NCBI RefSeq assembly: GCF_009914755.1
Contig: NC_060925.1
Source: the human T2T-CHM13v2.0 reference genome, Homo sapiens
Strand: one strand, 5' to 3'
Length of the DNA stretch: 64,000 nucleotides
The first letter of the stretch is position 1. Each line of letters opens with the position of its first letter. Positions 57,289 to 64,000 of the stretch are shown here, one piece after another. The notes under the pieces were generated by a model. It searched no databases. It had not been told where the DNA came from and saw nothing but the letters and a program-made list of their open reading frames with translations. The position numbers and the translations under genes are program-made.

Positions 57289-59539
57289 GGATTTTTGTGG
57301 TTATTACATGTAAAGCTCTTAGGACAGTGCCTGGCACATAATACCTAATGTTTTATTAAACAGTTGCTGTTAGCTGTTAAGTATGGAGGGCAAGAGTTAT
57401 TATCTATATTCGATACATGGACATAAAAGTTCAGCTCATTCCTGTTCCCTTTCCACTAACAGCTGCAGTCTGCAAAGGTCTTCACAAATCAGAATCAACT
57501 GGTAATTAAAAAAAAAACAACAAAAGCATGAATGTTGCCTGGACCTCCCAGTCCCAGCACTTTTCAAAAGGAGCAAGTAGGTCTGTGGGGAAAAATCAAG
57601 TTTGAAATTCATGACTTTGTCTCGCCAGGTACACATGAAAATTACGGAGATTATTTCATATGTGGCCTGTAGCCACTGTTCAAAGAGACCATAATCTTCA
57701 AATCTATATCCTGAACTCTTAAACAAACCAAAGCCTTTGCTCACACAAAGCCCACCCTCCCATTTCCTGACTGCTGCCCCCAGCTCTGCTACATTGTTTA
57801 AGATGTGATCACCTTTAGAGAGGAAGCTGCAGCTGCTGGTCTTTAGAGCCAAGAGCCAACTCGTACTTGCTTGTTGGGCTATTGTGCTCTCTTGCTTATG
57901 AGCAGACAAATAAAATAGGTAAAGTTCAAAACAAGCCATGTTGCTGTCTGTTAGTAGTAGGATACAAAAGAAGATTCAAACATTTCATTGAAGTATAATG
58001 AAGACTCTAGATTCTTTGCTCTCACTTGATGAGATTCTTCCCCAGGCTACTCTGTTTTTGATGCCAATAAAACTTGTCATTCTCACATCAGTGTGAAAAT
58101 ACCAGCCCTGAAAGTTAGCTTGATATTTGGGTGTATAAATCCAACATTGGGGTTTCAGCTGTCATCTAAGCATTGAATTTATGCTGCCACTGATGCTATT
58201 AGGGACCCTAGTTTCCAATTTACAGGAACTTAAGAAATGTGGTATGCTTTTATTAGAAGCTGGTATCTGCTCCTGCAAATAGTCCTGCCACCTTGTATCC
58301 CCTTCATGGGTTTGTGCCAGTTATCAATTCAAATGAATATGTTAAGAGCTGGGTTGTTTTTTTCTTGATAACAACCTTGCTTACTTCTGAAGTCAAGGTC
58401 TAAAAGTAATTATACAAATCAACCCTTTATCAATCTATTACCACATGATATATGTTACTGAAACAAAACTAAGCCATCTGGCCTTGCTATGTTGACATGG
58501 AGTTAGCAAATATTGTTATACCACGTCACTTGATAATCATTCAGGATGACTGTTAATTTCTCTTTCACCTTTCCCCCATCTTCTGCAATATATTCAAACA
58601 CAATTTTCCAAGAATTATTTGAAAAGAAGCATAAGGAGGATTTATTAAATGTAACTGAAATAACTTATTAGTGGTTCAGGAACTGAGAAGTTAAAATCCA
58701 GTGGGCATTGTTGCCTCTATAAGAGGCAACATTCAGCCCAACCGTTAATGTCAAGTTGGAAATGCTGCTTCCTCAAAAGCCGTTTTGGATTTAGACAGTT
58801 TTATATGGGAGTAAGAGACTCAGAGTCCAAAAATCAATGTCTTCACAAAGAGGAAGACAAGTTAAAACGAACATTAAGATCTTGAGCGTGATTATGATAA
58901 ACACTTCCCAACTCCCTAATTAGGTAATGAGGTATTGGCCTTGGAGTGCTGCACCTGTAATTAAGTATCTGGCTTTGGAAAACTCCTAAAACCAAGAAGT
59001 GTAAGTGACAGAGTCTGAAGTTATACACGGAAAGCCTGCAGGATAAGGAAAATTATAATGATTAGGAATAGTTTCTGTTCCAGTCAACTCTCCTGTACAA
59101 TAAATTGCACAAAGAGAGGATGCTGTTTAGAGCAGCTTGTTAATTTGAGTTATCCTGTTGTGTCCTCTTGCCTTCCTGTTTACGTTGACAGCATTTCTAA
59201 GCCCATTTATATTCTCCCTTTTTATGTCATTTTGGCCACTGGACTCATTTGAGTAGTGCATGAAGCCAGGATTGTGGGTTTCATTCCTAAATGGGCCAAT
59301 TCATTTCACTGTGTATTCTGTGGCCACAGGCAGCATCTCACATGCCTGCGCTAGCCAGCCACTCCACAAAGAGGAGTGGACAGAGTTTAGACTTAGTATA
59401 AACACTAGATGGAAACTCATAGTAGGTATCCTCACTACACAACCTGAAGGCATTCTCAATGCTGCCTGTCTTTCCTCTTCCTGCCTGAAGACCAAATGTA
59501 TAAACCTCTTATAATCAAAGTTGTAGATTGTTTCATTTA

Positions 59540-59710
59540 GTGCACACTCCTATACCCACTTGTAACCCTATAAATGGGTATAATTATTATCCCCATTTTT
59601 TTTTCAGATAAGGAAACTAAAACACAAGTTAAATAACTTGCCCAAGGATATGTAGCAAGTGGCAGCTTGTGGATTTGGTCTGACTCAAAGCCCACAGTCT
59701 TAATTCCCAT
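59540..59710 (-). mobile_element. MIR relic
   Basis: attatccccatttt...cagataaggaaact...aacttgcccaagg. Confidence 0.7.
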
Positions 59711-59959
59711 CCTAGAGTGTCTGTCCCCTGGCCCTCCCCATCAATCAAATATGTGCTTTACATTGTCAGTATATTTAAAAGAGAAGAACTCTCAAAATAC
59801 ATTTCCTACTAGAGTAATATATGAAAAAAATACTATTCCTTAGAAGAAACCATTCTTAACTATAGAAGGAAGGGGATATGCAGGACTAGAAGCTAGAATC
59901 AGTACTGAGAGTGTTAGAGGAGCACAGGAAGAAGACTGATGAACACAGTGATAGGAAAA

Positions 59960-60600
59960 CAGGAACAAAAGCACAGAAGTTAAAATTAGAAAAAGTGAAG
60001 AAAGGCTTTCCCCCAAATATGACGGCAGAGAATGAAGATAAAGATACACATGCCCTATGACCCAACGATTCCACCCTTCTACCCGAGAGAAGCTCACATG
60101 CACTGGGACACGTATAAAGATGTTTGTGGCAGCATCGTTTATGCTAGTGAAAGACTGGAAATAATCCAAATGTCCGCAGTAGAATGGATAAACTATGAGA
60201 TACTCATAACAACAGTATATAACAATGAGATGGAAAAGAATGAACTAGCTACACAACAATGCCAATGAATGGTTAGAATGTTGAGCAAAAGAAGCAAGAA
60301 AGAGGAATGTATACATACAGTATGATTGCATTTAGATCAAGTGTTAACAGAAGACAGGAAATACTAGTATTGAGATATACACATGGGTGGTAAACAGCAA
60401 AACAAAATCATGATTTGATTATTATAATGAAACAGTAGTTCCCTCTGGAGGGTCGTGCTTGGGAAGTAACATGAAGGACTTCCTAGGTTATGGCAAGGTT
60501 CTGTCTCTTGCCCTGGTTAGTGATTATATGGGTGTTTGCTCTATAATTATATCTTGCACTTATGTTTTATACATTTTTCTATGTATGTTTTATGATTCAT
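59960..60600 (+). mobile_element. L1ME-type 3' fragment
   Basis: ccctatgacccaacgattccacc...gaatggataaactatg. Confidence 0.6.
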
Positions 60601-61557
60601 GATGTTTTTAAAGGGTTTTTTTTAAAAGGAATGAAGATCAGATAGTTCTCTAGAGAAGATAGACAAGAGGTGGGCATTGGGGAGGCCTAGATAGACTTGC
60701 TAACAGTTCAAAGGGAATAAGCTACTGGAGTGAGACTGTGGGTCTTCTTGATACTTTCTAAGGAAAACAGGAGAATCCTCTGTTCCCTCAAAGCAGAAGG
60801 ATAAACTAAGTTGCCTCTCCATGTACTGTCAGGATTCAGTATATTCATTCAGTTTAAAAGAAAAGAATTGTCCGTTCAGCAAAGTGTGCTGTGGCTCAAG
60901 CATGGGGTTTGGGATTTTCATAGCTGGGACTGAGCCAGAAGACAGCAAGGGGTGGCCAACAGAGGGAGGTCCTGCAGCGTTGCCAGCACTGCAGCATTTG
61001 GCAGCCTGTTAAAGTTCCACATCATATGCATTTCCTCCTTTCTCCTTCTTCCCCAGTCTTGTATTTTCTTTCTCTCCTCAAGGTCCACCATCAAATCAAT
61101 GCAGAAATGGGGCATAGAAATCAAATTCTTATTTTAAAGATACAGAGGGTCGCAAAGCTAGATAGTGGCAGAATCCGTGCTGGTATCCTACAGTTTTTGT
61201 ACCCAGTCCTCTTGATCTATTAGCCATTATCCTCAATACTTTGCTATTCTGGTATTTTGAATATTTTGAATACCTGAATACTTTGCTATTCAAAATGTTT
61301 CCTCTGCCTGGAATAGTTTTCCCACCTTATGACTACCTTTAAGCCCCCATTTTTAAAGATCCAGTTCAATCCCTCCACCACTTCCTGTAGGAATTCTTCA
61401 CAGATTTTCCTAATATAGCTTCCTTCCACTCAGCCCCATAGTGTCTGGTTTCAACACTCTGACAGTGCTTAGCACTTTGTCTTAGAATTATTTCTATATT
61501 TCCTCCACTAGACTAGTCTCCTCCATATCCAACTGGTCTTACTCATCTCTCTATACC

Positions 61558-61756
61558 CAGTATTGTGCTGGAACTGGCTTATACTCATGACAGCCAATTA
61601 TTAAATATTCAGGGATTTTGTGAGCTGTTAAAGTGTTAGTAGCCTGATACTCAGTAGTAAATACTCAGTCATGGCAAGAGTATTTACACTATGGAAGGTA
61701 CAAATCAGGGTCTTTTTTATTTTTTTGTGGAGAGCTAGCTTACCAGCACATCACTG
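61558..61756. mobile_element. MER63A-like hAT DNA transposon
   Basis: TIRs cagtattgtgctgg / ccagcacatcactg; internal gagtatttacac...tacaaatcaggg. Confidence 0.75.
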
Positions 61757-62733
61757 CACATACCCTATCACCACCTGCCTGCCCCTGTGCTTGCTGTAGT
61801 GCTTGGCATAGTGGTTGTAAGATGCATGAAGAAGAAAGGCAACCAGTGAAAGTGCAGATCAAAAGGAAAGAGAATTCAAATAGCGTCAGCTCAGGAGCCC
61901 AGGGAAGAGAAGTTTCTGAGAAGTGGGTGTTCACTGCTGCAGAGAGGTTGATGAAGATAACTTAAATAAGGCTAAATTAAGCACATCTTTGTCCTTCTCA
62001 AGAGCTACTTCAGTAGGATGATAGATATGAAAGATGGCTGGGAATGAAAAAAATACAGGTGGCTAGGAAATGAGCAGTAGATATAAACTCCTTTCAAGAC
62101 AAGAGAAGGAGTCTTGTTAAACAGCTATTTGCTGAACATCTACTATGTGTCAGGCATTGCATTAAACAAAGACAATACATGGGCCCATCCTCATCTTGCT
62201 CCTGGACTCACAGGGCAGACAAACACAAGAACACAATGATAAGTGCTCTGAAGGCATGATCTGGGGGCTGTTGGAGCACGTTAAAATGAGCCTGGGGATC
62301 CCAGGAAGTTTGCATACAGAAGCCAACTCTGAGCTTAACTCTGGAGAAAAACAAATTTTCCAGATATTTAAGTGAAGAATTATCCTAGCAAAGGAAATCG
62401 CACAATAGCATGAACAGAGGTTTGAGGACATGAGAAAGAATGTCCTGTCTGGGGAACTCTAAGTTATTCCAGTTTCCCTGGTGGCTGCAGCAGAGAGAAC
62501 ATGTAAAGAACAGCAGGAGATGAGACTGTGGAGGCAAGCAGGGGTAGGGCACAAAGGCCTGGCATTGCCACCATACTGAGTTTGGGCTTTATCTTGAGGC
62601 ACTAGACAACTACTGAATGACCAAGCAGGGGACAAGCACAATCAGATTTTTATTTTAGAAAAGTGGTTCTGTAGTAATGTAAAGGGTAGATTGCAAAGGA
62701 ACCAGACATTAGGCAGGCAACCCAGTTAGGAGA

Positions 62734-63097
62734 TGTATTAGTCTGTTCTCACACTGCTAATAAAGACATACCCGAGACTGGGTAATTTATAAAGGAAAGA
62801 GGTTCAATTGACTCACGGTTCCACATGACTGAGGAGGCCTCACAATCATGGCAGAAGGCAAATGAGGAGCAAGGTCACGCCTTACATGGCGGCAGGCAAG
62901 ACAGCATATGCAAGGGAACTCCCCTTTATAAAACCATCAGATCTCGTGAGACTTATTAATTATCACGAGAACAGCACAGGAAAGACCCACCCCCATGATT
63001 CATTTACCTCCCACTGGGTCTCTCCCACGTCATGTGGGAATTATGGGAGCTACAATTCAAGATGAGATTTGCGTGGGGTCACAGCCAAACCATATCA
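62734..63097 (-). mobile_element. THE1 (THE1C/D-like) solo LTR
   Basis: tgtattagtc...gccaaaccatatca; TSD ggaga/ggagg. Confidence 0.92.
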
Positions 63098-63520
63098 GGA
63101 GGTGATTGTAGTGATCCATGCAGTAAGGAAGGTGGGCCTGAAACAGAATAATGGTGCACATGAGAGGATGTTACTGATTTGAGAGATGCTCCTGAAATGG
63201 CAAACTAAAGTCTTCTTAGGTGGTTATATCAGAGAGGAACCTGAAATGAGTCCCAGGATCCTGGCACCAGTTAGTGGGTAGATGGTGTCCTTTGGAGGAA
63301 TGGGATATATTAATAGTAGAAATGACCAGATTATGGGAGGAAATTATTTCCCTTGTAGACACCTGTGGGACAGCCAGTGGAGATGCCCTTTAGGTAGTTG
63401 TATGTACAGGACTAGAACTCAGGAGAGGGGTCTGGGGTGGGAAGAATTTAGGAGTATTAGGTGTGAAAAGAATAGTTAAAGTGGAGTTTATAGAGAAGAT
63501 TGTCCAGGGAGATTGTAGCA

Positions 63521-63673
63521 CAGCAGTTCTCAAACTTGAGCAAACACCCCACCAGTTTTTTGTTTTTTGTTTTTATCTGGAGGTCTGTGCTGGGGCCTGA
63601 AAATGTGCATTTCTAACAAGTTCCCAAGCGGTGCTGATGCTGCTGGTCTAGGGACCACACTTCGGAACCATTA
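63521..63673. mobile_element. MER5A relic
   Basis: cagcagttctcaaactt ... tgcatttctaacaagttccca ... gggaccacactt. Confidence 0.8.
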
Positions 63674-64000
63674 GTGTGGAGAAAGGCCAGCATTTAAGGG
63701 TGATTAGAGAAAGAGCTGACAGGTGACTGAGAAGCTATTTTAGGGGGAGAGAGTCCAGGACAGAGTTTCAAGGAGTAAAACAGTAAAGTCAAGCAGGATG
63801 AAGCACAAATAATGTCAGTTGCTTTTGATGATCTGGAAGGTAAGACTGGAGCCAAGTGGCAGTGTCAGGGAATGGGAGAGAGCAAGTGCAGTTTACATTT
63901 CCAGAGAGTTTGGCTGAGAAGTGAGAAGAACAGACACTGAGAGGGTATGGAGGGGTTCATGGTCAAGAAAGGACTTGGGTATGGGAAACATTAGATCAGT

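Larger units (their letters stand above)
62115..64000 (-). mobile_element. L2 fragment, interrupted by THE1 and MER5A
   Basis: tatttgctgaacatctactatgtgtcaggcattg antisense L2 3' end; ccagttaggagg motif. Confidence 0.65.

Noticed and set aside
57436-57939. 167-aa - strand ORF downstream of DTL
   Set aside because: No recognisable domain or supporting exon structure, and it crosses a low-complexity T-rich tract. Unsupported without PhyloCSF or Ribo-seq.
58710-58730. RFX X-box (GTTGCC...GGCAAC)
   Set aside because: The 9-nt spacer exceeds the 0-3 nt of canonical X-boxes; kept only as a hairpin.

Overview
Human genomic DNA (Alu/L1/THE1 content; chr1q32.3 by gene identity). The window holds the 3' part of DTL (CDT2/DCAF2, substrate receptor of CRL4-DDB1) on the + strand. 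Ten coding exons (6-15 of the 15-exon model) splice with GT-AG boundaries into one open 1733-nt frame ending at TAG 53021-53023, followed by the 3'UTR and about 9 kb of downstream sequence. The introns contain an ORF-intact, apparently very young RPL21 retrocopy (RPL21P28, - strand), the MIR3122 hairpin, a tailless 7SK retropseudogene, two large old L1s in opposite orientations, an ERV1 solo LTR, a THE1 solo LTR (a second lies downstream), and many Alu, L2, MIR and MER relics. I found no new protein-coding system. The best observations are structural: (1) a probable fossil L1 5' transduction bounded by a perfect 15-bp TSD; (2) one target site used twice (Alu plus 7SK), giving a target-site triplication; (3) the full-length RPL21 copy with a probable cap-derived G and a possible splice acceptor; (4) a weak-donor/CTCF-motif/hairpin cluster behind the in-frame WDxR-encoding exon 6; (5) a templated ~275-bp duplication flanking exon 7. 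Repeat subfamily names, gene symbols and residue numbering come from memory of consensus sequences, not from a search. Repeat boundaries without TSDs are approximate.
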